DNA of 64,000 nucleotides from Phoronis australis (lineage: Eukaryota; Animalia; Phoronida). Location of the stretch: assembly GCA_002633005.1 (NCBI GenBank), contig NMRA01000247.1, positions 458,350 to 522,349 on the forward strand. Direction: 5' to 3'. The notes beneath the pieces are model-generated. The model was given only the letters and a program-made list of their open reading frames with translations. It did not search any database and had not been told where the DNA came from. Below are positions 49,801 through 63,169 of this stretch, one piece after another (positions within the stretch are counted from its first letter, which is position 1; each line of letters opens with the position of its first letter). The translations under genes were made by a program, and so were the position numbers.

Positions 49801-52142
49801 CAGTCAAAATCAGCGATTTCAGGTTTGAGTAAAAATCACTCTATGAGCAGGCCACCATGCCCAGAGTACTTGGAGTTCTCCCTTGTTGAAATTTCAAAGG
49901 GTGTTGATAAGCTAACTTGATATTGTTACTACTGTAACCATTTATTTTGACCAATAGGATCATCAAATGCTAGATGGCAGTCACGTCAGAAGCAGGCACC
50001 CATGATCAAAGGGTTTTTAGTGACCCTCCCTAAAACATAGGGGAGCTTCAAACCTTTTTGAATACGCCCTGTTGCTATGGCAAACAGGTATTTTAGAATT
50101 CACAATAGTATATTAAGTTGTGCATCTCACATACAGATGAACTTTTAAAGCATTCAAAAGTGACTGTAAGCTTTTATTTATCATACACCATAACCAGTAC
50201 AACAAATTTTGATAACCCAAAAATGCTGGCCACGGCAACTCATGCACCCAGACAGGGATATAGCCTTTTTAACACTAACATAAAAACTGCCTGCAACTAA
50301 TGCTATAGATTTGCATAACGATTACTGGAGGCAAAGACTTATGGCTAGTATTTAAGAACCAAAAGCATATATAATTTTAAAAATCCAAAAATGGTTGCCA
50401 TGGAAATGAATGCAAATAAACTTGTCAGCTAATTTTTCATTTTTCAAAACCGTATAAAACACATCCAGCAGAATAAATTAAATAAAACATATACTAATGA
50501 CTTTATCAAAGATGTGCCATCATAATTACCACCAGTACCAGTTACCATTAAAATCCGATAACAGGTTACCATGACTGAGGATATGCATATTCATAACAAG
50601 CATTTAAGGGAAGAGCGGCAGTGATGTTATAGCATGTACAACAAGTACCGGAAATAACTGAGAATCAGGATTCTGAGCAATCGGTCGGTTCCAATAAGTA
50701 TCACCGAACATCCAGTATACGTACAAAAGCGCAACACAGTTCCTACAACAGAGATAGTAGGTTGTCAATCACAACTTTTGATTGAATTATTATCAACAAC
50801 CATCAAATGCAATATATTTAGTGAGTAAAACCAAACCAACGCTGTATGAAGATTCCATGGCTTCTGGCTGTAACAAGCTAGTTAGCGATGTCAGCATTTC
50901 GTTCTCTGTGATAAAATATGAAATTATTGAAAGACCGTAATAAAGCATCAAAATAAACAATGCATTATTTTCTAAACATCTATATTGAAATTTAGTTGAT
51001 CTGCAGCAAAGAAATCGGTGAATGAAAGTTGTGTGTAAAGTGAAACAAGGGCATACACATTTCTGACAGAATTCATGTGGAATTAAACTTAGCAGTTTCT
51101 ATAATGACCAATTTTTAAACAAACATTCACATTAACCACAAGAAGCTGCCATACAGGAAGTTGTTCTCTGCATGTAATTTTGGTTTTCATTGGCTAGTGT
51201 AAACCAATTAGCCACACTTAGACAAATGAAAGTGTTGCTTACTTCGTTACTAAAAATTATCAACTTATTAAGTATCTCATTATCAAAAACCAACTATAAA
51301 AGAGAAAGCGTCCTAGTTAAAACATAAAAAACTTTGTTAATTCTCAAGTTGAGCTTGGCAATCCCCCAAACAGTGATCAGTGGCAGTTTTAGATAATTGT
51401 GATTTATGTTGTTTTCTTCCAGCATCACTTTACCATCAAAGCTTTGTTTAGAAGACTTTGTTTTGCCTGACTGACAACAGGGGGAGGTAACGTAGCTCTG
51501 TGTGTGCAACCATGTATAAAGATTTTCATAACCACAACTACACATGCTCATATTTAGCCTAGGCATCTATACCGAAAATAATATACTTTTAAAGATTCTT
51601 TTACTCAACCATTTTGCTTGTAAGTTATCCTCCGTATAACAGCGCCTTGTCCAGGATAGGCACACCAATTGTCCTTGCAATAATCTTGCCCTGCCTAAGA
51701 TTTTTATGCATTGCATGTCCTAGAGCACAGTTCCCATTCAACATTCTGTTGGGCACATTTTTGATCTCTATTTACCCAGGTGGTGAACAGCTCAAAAGAG
51801 TAACAACTAAAACTCAAGTTTAGTTACTGTCACGAAAAAAGCAAATTTTGTCGTTAATGCTTTCAAGTTGACAATTATAAAAGATAATAACAGATAAACT
51901 GGCAATAGTCACTTCACAGGAGTCGGATATTTTGAGAACAAATTTCCACCATCAAACATTGGACTCTATTTCTGGTATGAGAAAACAAAAAGGAATTTTG
52001 AAATTTTCGAGAATGAAAACATCTCACAAATGGACTTAAAAGAGAGGACCCAAGTACCCCAAGGAATAAACATAATAATTACCCACACTTCCCACTTTTT
52101 CTTTACTACGTCCTAAAAACCAAGCACAAAATACGCCACATG

Positions 52143-52810
52143 TTATCCATCTCTCATGGCCATTTCCCACCAAGTTAAATCCAGTACTAGCAGAAGAGTT
52201 GATGTTAACTCCAAGTTAACTTGAGCATTCTCACTGCCTTCAGTCACCTGTTTACTCCTAAGTAAACTTGACTTGCTAACTTCAATCCAAACCAAATTTA
52301 GCCTTCCCACTGTCACCGAGGTTCCTCTGAACACCGAAGCGAAGCCTTGATCTTCGTGGGAAAAGCCTTTTAATCATCCAATTATCAGATCATGCTTTTA
52401 GTTATTTCCATGTTTCTATCGATAAAGATCTTTTTGGTACTATTCTCAGTAGCCCCATTCGCATGCTTGACTGAGAAACCCCTTCCCCCACATCTTAATT
52501 GTTTACCTAAATCCGCTTTTAATTCCGTTACTACGAGTGTTCTCATGTGTTCAGTTCCCGTTAATGAAACCCGCTTTTCCAGGTCACTCCTGTCATCGAC
52601 TTTCGTAACTACTGCTCTTATGCTTCTAGAGAGCAACACCAACTGAGTTAAACTGGTAAAGAATTCATCAAAAGATGCTGTCAGTTAACCCACCATGGAT
52701 TCGCCAGCAGCGTTTTAAGACCTCTAAAAACACTAAAAACTTACAATAAATTATCTCGAGCCTTTTTGCCCATTAGGCAAAAATCACACTATTCTTCCTG
52801 GACAGCCATC
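52143..52810 (-). mobile_element. Probable decayed LINE 5' end (UTR plus coiled-coil ORF1-like remnant)
   Basis: Broken minus-strand ORFs (52385-52642, 52143-52334) with heptad-like VTKVDDRSDLEKRVS and VVTELKADLGKQL, preceded by a GATGGCTG.../T-rich leader. Family not identifiable. Confidence 0.4.
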
Positions 52811-53757
52811 CAGAGACAAGAAGATCGAAAAGTGCGTAGATTTTTTAATCCACATTTTTTCAAATTCGCGGGGAATGTGGCTTGCAATGCGATTCCCCGA
52901 AGTGAGGATTTCCGTTTACATAATTGCTTCTTTTGATGTTCGACGCAGCGTATCAAATAACACAGTCGGTAATATACCCGCAAAATTTACCGCACAAGTG
53001 AAAAGCGCTACTTTGAGCATTCACATGCAAGTCAGGATACCACTAATGGAGAATAGTTTCCGAGTGTTTGACGCGGCGCATAGAGCCGTCTTATACCTAA
53101 ACACAGTACAAGACGAAAGTATTCAGACAAAATGACTTTGAAGGTTCCGTCAAGCTGACTAGACTTCCCCTATGACTGAGCATGAGGGGAAGTCAGAAAG
53201 GTAGCTAAACCATTAGAATGTTATCCCATAATAGTTTTTACCAATTTTTTGCTGATAACAGAATTAGCCAGCACGATGAGGAAATTGTATGTTTTTCTGA
53301 TTACTTGTGTCTTGTATTGTACATGAACATGTGAAAGAACACGGAATGTTCCTGAACTTAATTCAATTCCTATGTGCTTACTAATCAGCGTGCCTTGTCC
53401 AACAAAGGTCGGCCATTAAAAATACTTCACATTCCATACAGTTTGGGTCGCTTCTCAAACTCATTTTGAGAACTGTGTTCACCCACTAAAAAACCACCCG
53501 CATCAATTTAAGATAAGTTCTTGTGTTTTTTAAAAAATCTGAACACAGGCACCAAAGCAAGAATTGAAACGCAGCGATTTATCAAGAGTAAAAAACAGAT
53601 CCCGTACCAATTTTGCTCGTTTTAGGTGGATTTTCTTTTTTGAAAAAGTGATCATGCGCAGGTTTACAAATGACGAGAGTTACAGAGACAAAGAACCCGT
53701 ACGTAGGTCATTGCACAAGCGCAGTAGAGATGATCCTTTCCGCCTTACTTCAGTTTC

Positions 53758-53934
53758 GCGTTTAGACTTATAATTGACACGGCGCAAGATGTTCTGGCGC
53801 AAATTACTCTACCTCACAAACGGGTGGCAAATTTGTCACCGCAGTGTCAATTTGCGCCGTGTCAGTCCGTTTATACACTGGAACAACTTGTTCTGTGTCA
53901 GCTGATCCGTGTCAACTTTGTAAGTGTAAACGGC
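53758..53934. mobile_element. Small MITE with GCGTTTAGACTTA..TTGACAC / GTGTCAA..TAAGTGTAAACGG ends (Harbinger-like)
   Basis: Imperfect terminal inverted repeats plus an internal inverted pair TGACACGGCGCAA / TTGCGCCGTGTCA. Confidence 0.6.
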
Positions 53935-56900
53935 ACTCCTGTTACCTTCTTGAAATTTCGGCATAGTTTGGTTGGCGCGCGTTTGATTGTTTTAGTGTTT
54001 TGCAGACGATAAAATGTAAGGTGTATGGATTTCTACTCTGCACTACTTTATGATTCGCCCATGTAATATCAAAAAAATTACGTACTCGGTGTTATAAACA
54101 CATTACAGGTCATGTGAGAAATAGTGTTTTGTTCTACACTACTGGAACACATCATCAATTTAAGCTTCTGTAAAATTTGCCATTTGTTTTAGTGCAAATT
54201 AAAGAAGCATTTTTAGTAATAAATTAAAACTTTCGAAAAAAGAACAATTCCGAAGATGTACTATTGGTTGCATTTCACCATTATTTAAGACTATTTTCAT
54301 GACTGCGGTAGGCAGTATTATCGATTTCTTCAATGGTTGATTAGAAAATGAGTGACAGGCATGATACATGTATCATTTTAACAGATAATGCGTATAATAA
54401 ATTAATATTCGCTTGAAGACATCAAGCAAATAAATCACCAGTTGAAATCAGAAAATCTAATTACCGGACAATACTATTAAACTGCTGTTGTACTACCGAC
54501 AGCTTAATAAATATGTTCACGTGATAGGTGAGGTGTTGTTTAGCCAGCCACAGTTTGGGTCACTAATTTGGGCACAAGACACAATGCACCACTACTGTGT
54601 ATTGAGTAACCGTGATTATTGCAAATTGATTTATTAGTCATTACAAAAAGATCAATTTTGATACACCAATTGACCTTCTAAATGGAAAGATTTAGCAGAC
54701 TAGAAAAGTGAAAAATTAGATGGTTTACAAATTCTCCTTCATCAAGATACATATATAAATAATCAATGAAATGCTAAAAAATATGGAGTTGTGACATGAA
54801 TGTGACTAACAGACGCTTCACTACCACCCTAGTGGTCGAAAGTCCAATCTTTTTGAGTTTGGGAAATTGAGGCTGAAAATGTCGGGCTTTTATCATGTCA
54901 AATAATTAGTGACAATTAAATCAAAACTTGTCAACAATGCATGGGGGATATTTACGAAATGAAAACTAATCCAGTGGCAATCAATTACGTATGAAACATT
55001 CAATAGATTCCCAACCAATTGCGTTAGTGGGGAGAGCAAATTTGATCAGTCAGACCTCGACACACTCCGGAGACGTACTTTAGATGAAAGCTGGCAATAG
55101 ACACCAAAAATTAGCCTGGGAATCAGGAAAGCCATCTTTAAACTGCAAGTAGGCACAAATGTCAGGGCAACATAACAATGAGGTTATCTAATTGAGTCTG
55201 GGGAGTAATGATGATTTAGTTTGGACAAAATTAAAAGAATCAAATTTGTTGAATCCAGAGAGAGTTGGAGAAGAGAATCAAGAGACTGAACATAAACCAG
55301 TCCTTCTAGAAGTTTTGAGAAGTTCAGGGACTTGTTATGAGGAGTTAACTTCTTAGATTATTAAGTCTTCCAAATTCACTTACTGACGAAGATTGCATGC
55401 CATGCAATTTGAATTTTCAAAATCAACAAATCCCATCTGTATATTCCTTTATTATTGAAACACAAGCTGAGAAACTTACAAAATGGATGTCACTGACAGC
55501 TTTAACTCATAATGCATATCAAAGAAGATATTTTAAGGCTAGCAAAGGCATGGCATTTACAACAAGTTTTCTCCTATCCAGTATTCATTTTGCCATTAAC
55601 TTTTTTAGAAGTGCGTGGCAGAATGCGAAATTTTGTTTTATCGCTCTTTTCAATAAAAGCAAACCATGGAGACATTTCTGTGGCACTGTCTGCACGTGAT
55701 TGACTTCGCTCATTCCACCAGGTCAACCAGCTAAGATATCTGATTAGTTCTCGATGAAGACTTCTGACTTACAAACCAATCGGATGCCTTAAACAGTTGT
55801 CTACACAGATCCGACAAAGTCAATGAAGTGCAGTCAATATCGCCACCAGTTTTGTTACTTCTCCATTTTTATAATTAATTATTTAAATACCTTGAAATCA
55901 AATGTACTGTGAATGTTATCTAGTTTATCATATTTCAATGCAAAAATAATCAACGCTTTATCAATACCGAGATCATAGCATGGTGCCACGTACTGTTGAG
56001 CACAGAGAGAGAGGTCAACATCCTTTTCACAGTATCGTAAGGACATTGTCAATTACACAAACACTTGATTTGTATTTGTGAAATAATTCTCTTTAATAAA
56101 TAATTCAAAATTGGCGGAAAAATGTTAGCAACTAAAAAGTTTTCAGTGCATAAATATTTTATGTGAGGTTGTGGGAAGTGTCCCGAACAAAACGGATGGT
56201 GTCCAAAGTTTAAGAACAACCTTCGCAGGCTGGAAATAATGTGCAGGGGCAGGGTTGGTCCATCCGTAAGCAAAAAAATATATTCACGAGACTAGTCTGG
56301 GATGGCAAACGTGCATCTGCGAGAGGGGAATAGCGTGTGTGAGAGAAGAATTTTGTGTGCAAGCAGTCCGAATTCTGGAGTCACGCACGGAGAGGGAAGT
56401 GGTGGTAATATCATATTTATATAGAGACCACATGTAACTTGTCATAATAAATTAACAATACAAAACATTGCATCCCAAAACATGAACCAAAACAATAGCC
56501 GTACTGGACTAGGCTTAATATTTCACTTTTCGTAGCTGAATTTCATTTTATGCAGGCCCAGTGTCCAAATTTGTTGCAAATGGCCCCAGTATCCAAAAAC
56601 ATTGCCAACACCACAAAATGACATGATTTTGCTATTTCTGACCTGCAACAAATGAATTAAATTCTGCATTGTAAAGCATGGTGTAACTAGCACGTCATAT
56701 GTTTGTGTTGTACACACAATCTTCGTTTCTGCTTACACCCCTAAAAACAAAAGTTAAATATTTTTTTCATTTGCTAACCAAAATAACAAAATAGGTATCC
56801 ACATTCAACACAATTTCAATCAATTGTCTCGTTAAGGAGAAAAAAACAGGTTTTTCAAATATGGCTCAAGATTCTAATATCGTTGAGAGCTTTCCAAACT

Positions 56901-58699
56901 TGACTCATAAACACAGTGCTAAAAATTTCAAAAAGAGCAGCACTGTATTCAAATATATGCTGATAGAACACTGCATAATGTAACGGAGTTAATTTCTATC
57001 ACTTGCAAAATAAGGATTGTCAACTGTTGTTGGGTAAAAAGCCGTGACGTCATCAGACATAATTTCAAGGAGCTGGTATTTACTCAAGACATTAATAAGG
57101 CCACTTGACAGTCAACTTAATAATTAATTTGAATTAATGAAATAAAAAACTCATTTGTGCCGAAATATTAGAATGCATGAAAATTTCTAGGGCCATTAGA
57201 AGATGTGTTTGTCTTTGTCAATATAAATCACCGAGACGAAGTTGAACATCTGATATCAAAATAACCATTATAAATGGTCTCACGGAGATACATCCAGACT
57301 ATTAATAACCCTCCTAAGAAACATTTCTCTCTGGAATGATGTTATAATATAAATAAATGAGGCTATTATACAGATACAGTATTAATTACAGCTGGAAAAT
57401 TTGACTTTAATCGGACAATGTTCCTTGTCCGTGCTGTTTTCTATTAATGAGATGGAGGCGAGCGTGAATTGAGTTTGTATCGATAAAAAGACAGTGACGT
57501 CTTATTCAGCCCTTAATAAGATTGTCAACGGTGGCGTATCACATCTCGATTGATTGTGTTTTTAATGTGAAAGAATCCAACAGCTATGAGGTATGAATTT
57601 ATAGATGCCCAGTTTCATACAGCTTCATATTTTAATTTCCCATATTCACACAAATAAATGACAAATTTCAAAGAAGACTATTATTTGAAAAAGTTGCCTC
57701 AAACAAGCACTTCATTCCTCTGACCCTTTTGCGAAAATGTAGGAGTTAAATGGTAGGAACAGTATTATAGAAAATTGAGACAAGGTGGTAAGGAATCATT
57801 TTAACAATTTTGGACAAAAAAAATTGCCAGAATAGTCAATTTCTCATTTTTTGAAGGTGCTTTATGTAGTTGTGAATGCCCAATTGTTTTCAAAATGGTA
57901 CAAACTTGAGCACGGTCGCATTAATTGGGTGCTACATATTATTCATGAAATAATGAAATTTCCCTTGACAGTCACTTTAGGGCCCCTCTATTGATACCAA
58001 CGTCAACATTTTGGGGAGTGTCCGTAGGTAAGAACAAATTCAAACTTGTGTATTTAATAGCAGAGCATCGACGCTTCGATATGGAATGAATGGTTACCTT
58101 TAGTGACATTGGAGTCAAGTGTCATTGTTGACAACTGCACGAGTTGTGGCATTATTTGATTTGTTTTCAAATGTTCATCATTCTGCTACTATAAGCATTT
58201 TATTTACTTTATTCAATTCATAATACGACAGTATATATGATACTAGAAAAATTACACCATCTTGCGATAACTTCAATGACCTACTCACCAAAGTGCAATA
58301 ATTTTGGTGTCAGTTTTTAACTACCGCAGCCAGTCAGAAAGATTCAACTAACTTGGTAGATCAGATGTTCCCCTTGGTCCTCTTGTACCAGAGGTAAGTT
58401 GGTATGAAGCAGTCTATTGTGTCCGAAATTGGTGAGACTGACAAGTTAATACCAATGATTTCAAGATGTTGCCTGCTACTGCACTGTGCATCTCACAGTC
58501 AGCTACAAATGTATGTACAAAAGAGGCTCACTGGAGCTGTGAATGTTGGTAAGCACTACGGTAATTCTGTTTAAAGGAATAAAGAGCTTAAACAACAATT
58601 TATTAACAATGAAAAATGTCTGCTTAAGGTTATAAAAAAAGTCTTGACATCAAGACTAAGTATTAAACCAAACATCTACAACACAATATATTTTAACTC

Positions 58700-59002
58700 A
58701 GAAATGGTGTATTGATAGCAAAACAATGCTGTCAACAACATGATAAAAATTTCTGTGATATAATGCTACTACAGTTTTCTAAGATATACCGTCGTTTTTG
58801 TTTTATGAAAATTAAGCTTTCACATGAAAATATAAAACCTTTAAAAGCCCTATTTTTATAGCTTCTCATGCAAAAGTAGAACACTTAAATAACATTTCCT
58901 TCGGTAACAGCGTTTTGGAGACCAGTGCTTCAAATTCTGAAAGTTTCATATGTTCCAAAGTTTGCCAACTTTGGACATTTTTCAGGGTTCTACATAACCT
59001 TA
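58700..59002 (-). mobile_element. MITE family A copy, inverted orientation
   Basis: GGTTCTACATAACCTTA is the reverse complement of the family's left end; internal blocks also match in reverse. Left boundary approximate. Confidence 0.6.
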
Positions 59003-60148
59003 TTTATACATACTGCAGTTTCTTAATTCTGTAAAACCATAAGAGGTAAAATATTTTTTGGGGGTTAACAAAGCAATTCCTAAAAATTGAAAAAGCAACA
59101 AAAAACCTGGATCAGTTGTCCAATAATTAAAAAGCATAAACTGTGCACTGTATTTACGAATTTCATAGTTTATTTAATAATTTAATTATATGAATCACTA
59201 TATTTACTTACTATACTTATAAGTAGCATCCCTAGGTTCTATCTATGGTATATCTAAATTTGTGTAATGTGATCACTGAAAGATAATTAAAGAAAGACCT
59301 GACGAAACAAATTACAAAATGACCTTGGGAAGTAGAACTACAAAATACCAAAGATTCCAAGATTTTTCAAAATGTCTTAATCACAAAATATACCTGTATT
59401 GTTTTGTACAAGTATCTTCATCACTAATGCTGAAAAAGGAGTCCAGTTTTCCTAAAACCTGGATCAGATGTTAGGGAATATATATTGTAAGAAACTTTAG
59501 CTTTCAAGACTTTCCAGGTTTCTTGGCAGCAGGCAAAAGATGTTGAATAAAGCCAGGGTAGATTGGATTCCTTAAACACTTGACTCAAAAGTAAGTCACT
59601 ACAACAAAATGGGTATCTGGATGTATCAAATTTCCAGCCTCTTGATGGACTAACAGAAAGCACAAATCTGGCTCCATTGCAAAAGTTGTAACTGATCTCA
59701 CAACAAAGATGACAATGTTAAGTTGTGAGAAAAAAGTGATTGATGGACAAAATTCCATAATTTTGAACACATTTTTGATTGAGACAATTAAATTATAAAA
59801 AGGTGACATTTTCACAATGTTTGATTTTAAAGAAAAGCATATTCATAGCATTTCTGTAATTTTGATCTTCACTAATTTCCACTTCAAAGTGACTGAATAT
59901 ATTCAGCATAGCTACCAACACCATCCCTAATGTTTAGGAATATAAATTTAATTTCATGGCTGAACTACTTTTTTATCACACTGAACTGGTTTGATATTCA
60001 CGAGTAGGCTTCGTTTGAATTTTGGATTTAACAATGAATCCTTGATTTGTGAAACCAAACTAATTTCAGAGTAGACATTCATTGTCCCCATTGATATGAA
60101 TTAAACATCACTGGTTCATTTGTATATTTATAATAAACCACTTGACCA

Positions 60149-60218
60149 TGAACAATGATAAAAGAACAACGATAAATGAACAACGATAAATGAACAATGG
60201 TAAATGAACAAAGATAAA
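60149..60218 (+). repeat. Minisatellite, 5 x 14 bp (TGAACAACGATAAA)
   Basis: Read directly, with a few substitutions. Confidence 0.9.
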
Positions 60219-60946
60219 TAGAAGAAGCATAAGAAAATAGATTGGTATCTGATGGTAACATTTTACAGGAACTTATGAAATTGAGGGTTTAGGTAGAAGC
60301 TTTTAAAAATCGAGAACAAAACTATTAGTCTTGTTTGCTTTAATTAATTCATGAAAAACACACTCACGAAGGGGTGTTTTATTTGACGTCAAGGTCAAGT
60401 ATTGAACATTATTTCTGTGAAATTAGTTTCACAAACTAAAAAAGAAAAATGGAAGAAAAATGCAAATTCACTTATTTTAGTATTTGTCATGGTGTTGACA
60501 CCTCAAAAACAGAGAAATTCTGGAAGTTTGTGTTATTTGGAAATCACAAACAACGAAACTTTATTTTCTCAACTATATTAATAAATCAAAAATAGAATGA
60601 CAACTCTTTCTTCATTCTAGAGCATCTTAAAGCAACTGCCATCAGCCAACAAGAGTATTTTTTAGAAATGCAGTGAATTTTCGGAACATATTAATTTCAC
60701 TGTATCATAAATGCTGTCTTATCAATGAATATTACTATAGTGATAAAATATCAAGTAAGCGAAAAAAAAAGAATTATAATACACTGCATATTCTACAATT
60801 GCTAAAATAATGCAATCAAACATGAAGAAAAAATAAGAAAAATGGTAAAAATGATGAGAAAAGTTAAAGCCTCTTAAATATTAGGGTTTGTGGATAGAAT
60901 AAAAATGAAAAATGAGAAAATAAAAATTTGAATTTAAACAGCTTAC

Positions 60947-61417
60947 CTGTTTGAACTGTTCTTCAAATGTCCAATGGTGACTGCCTGAAGCCTCTGAATT
61001 GGGTTCACTGGTGGGTGGTGAAACACGGGCAGCAGCAAAGGCTCGGTCCATGTAAAGAGCATTGAAGTAATCGAAGCTTGCTCGGTCCAGAGGAGGGCGT
61101 TTGTGTCTGAGTTCGTCGGCAGTGTTTGGCGAATGAATTCGTGGTATGACGGCACTTACTGCTGCATGAGTAGACTTTAGTTCTTTTTCTTGAATCTCTC
61201 GCACGTGTGCCTTGCGCATTTCTTCATGCCGAGCCAATGCTTCTTTGTGGGCACGTAATTCACGTTCAATTTCTTCACGTTCTTCTTGCTCTTGTCGCTT
61301 CAACTTTTCCAATATTTCTCGATGAGTTGCGTCCATTTTCGTTGTGTCACTGTCAGCCTCCGCGGCCTCACTCTCAGAGCCGGAACTGGGCTCACTTTCA
61401 TTAGCATCTTCATTGGA
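60947..61417 (-). CDS. ARID3: ARID3 coding exon 2 (acidic/coiled-coil region, ends in conserved WTFEEQFKQ)
   Basis: Acceptor TTAATCTTTCAG|TCC and donor CAG|GTAAGC; 471 nt, phase 0/0. WTFEEQFKQ is the motif that precedes the extended ARID in ARID3/Dri proteins. Confidence 0.93.
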
Positions 61418-61636
61418 CTGAAAGATTAACAAAACAAATTTAAAGACAGAAAGAAAAAATATTTTACTGAAAGTGTCCTCTATGGAGATTAATTGTGTAA
61501 ACTAAAACGAGAAATAGTTATGCACAATTTTCTTCAACATAAGCCTAAAAAATACACATTATTAAAATAACAGAGAAAATACAGAAAAAATGGAGTCAAT
61601 TAAATCAACTTTTTCTATACATATGTATAGTTTCAC

Positions 61637-61846
61637 CTTTTTATCAGCATCTGATTTATCCGATCCTGATGATTTTTCCGAAGATGACGATTTTTCCAAT
61701 CTGTCCTCCCCAACGTGATTACTCATCTCTTCAGCACGCGCACGGGGCAAAGCGTGATTGTCTACTGTAGAGCTACCCAGGGGTTTAGGAGGTAACATAA
61801 AACTCGGATTTAGTCCCCAGCCAGGATAAAACGCCGGTGAAAACAT
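61637..61846 (-). CDS. ARID3: ARID3/dead ringer coding exon 1 (70 codons, MFSPAFYPGW...SDADKK)
   Basis: ATG at 61846; 210 nt open; ends AAG|GTGAAA (phase 0) and joins in frame to the acceptor at 61417. The start codon choice is inferred (another in-frame Met at codon 17). Confidence 0.75.
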
Positions 61847-62585
61847 GATTAAGTGTTCAAAAACAAATTCAAATGCGCCTGAAAGCACTGAAAACTTTCA
61901 CCAAGACGGGTCACACAATCAGCGGTAGATGCTCAAATCACAACTCCTCTCTCTACTTCGTCACGAAGGCAATTTAATTCGCTGGTCTATTCAATAACAG
62001 CATACACGTCCGATCGCTTCGACGCTCATGTCCTCTTTAAATAATTATTATCCGATCGTTAATGGTTCACAAAAGCGCAACTGGGGTTCCCCGCTAATCC
62101 GCGACCTACTTGGCTGGTCGCGCAATAAACAAGCGTGACGACACAACAGCCCGGCACAACAGCGGTCAGTCAAGCGTAAAACTTACCACGCCACCAGCAA
62201 CGCTGAATTCATCAGAGCGATCCATTTCCGTAAAATATCAAGGAGTTAGCCAAAGCGCAAAAAACGTCACTTTTAGCCAATGTCACAATAAATGATTAAC
62301 ATTTAAATAAATTTCCTGCCGTCGCCGATTATATTACTATATCCCACAATCCAGTGCCGATGCGGCAACGACCACATGTTTTGTCACGTGATTACTGGGG
62401 AACACCTTTTTTACTACTGCAGTTAATCAGCCCGAATATTTATGAAACAAGATCCTGACAGAAGCAAACCTTAAACATTCAAGACCCACATTTGAAACTG
62501 ATTTTACAACTTCTTGAAACCTCAGAGTATTCAGACGGAACATTTAGAATTATTTTTATTGACGTTGGAGGCTGGTCATTTCAAG
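61847..62585. promoter_or_regulatory. Shared divergent promoter / 5' UTR region of ARID3 and UTP15
   Basis: Lies between two divergent ATGs and is locally CpG-rich. E-box GTCACGTGA at 62383-62391; ZNF143/Staf-like TCCCACAATCCA at 62342-62353; YY1-like CAAGATGGC overlapping the UTP15 ATG. Confidence 0.7.
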
Positions 62586-62678
62586 ATGGCTGCGCCCTTT
62601 AAAAAGACTGTGATTCAGTCTTTTCCACATGTTGGTGAAAAAGTTACAGGAGATACAATATTTTGGAAGAACTTTGAG
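62586..62678 (+). CDS. UTP15: U3 snoRNA-associated protein 15 homolog, first coding exon (MAAPFKKTVIQSFPHVGEKVTGDTIFWKNFE)
   Basis: Translated by hand; 93 nt ending GAG|GTAATA. Resembles the UTP15 N-terminus as I recall it for human ([30 protein letters not shown]). Good start context AAGATGG. Confidence 0.85.
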
Positions 62679-63169
62679 GTAATATGATACCTTGGTAACA
62701 TTCTGGAGTGCGGTAAATCAGAAGCTGGGATCAAATCGTTGGCCATGTTCTGCCTTCCCCAGCCCAGGGCAGCGGTGACAGGATTTTAGAATTGATTTCA
62801 AATTCATTGCACATTGTTTAGGCATATATTAGAGACCTGTAGATCTCAAAGTTATGCCCTGTGAAAACCACACGAGGCTTGATGAATGCACTCATTTCTA
62901 AATGTGGCTCATACAAATACAAACTAATGGGGGATTTTATTCGATCAAGGGGAAAATTTTACTCTTTGTCACCAGCAATTCCATCCCACCTCCCTATGGC
63001 TATATTTGGCCCCAAAACTTAGGCATTGTGGGCCCCATATGTCTTGTCAGTTCCAGAAATTTCCATGTTCTATTATTGGGTTTTGGTAAATCAAGCTCAA
63101 GCATTTGATTTTTGACCCAAGAAAATTACAAACATGATGGTTTGAAGTCGGTGCTTCATCGACCCCCAT

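Noticed and set aside
54819-54838. CTCF-like CCACTAGGGTGGTAG
   Set aside because: The right half is out of register with the CCASYAGRKGGC consensus.
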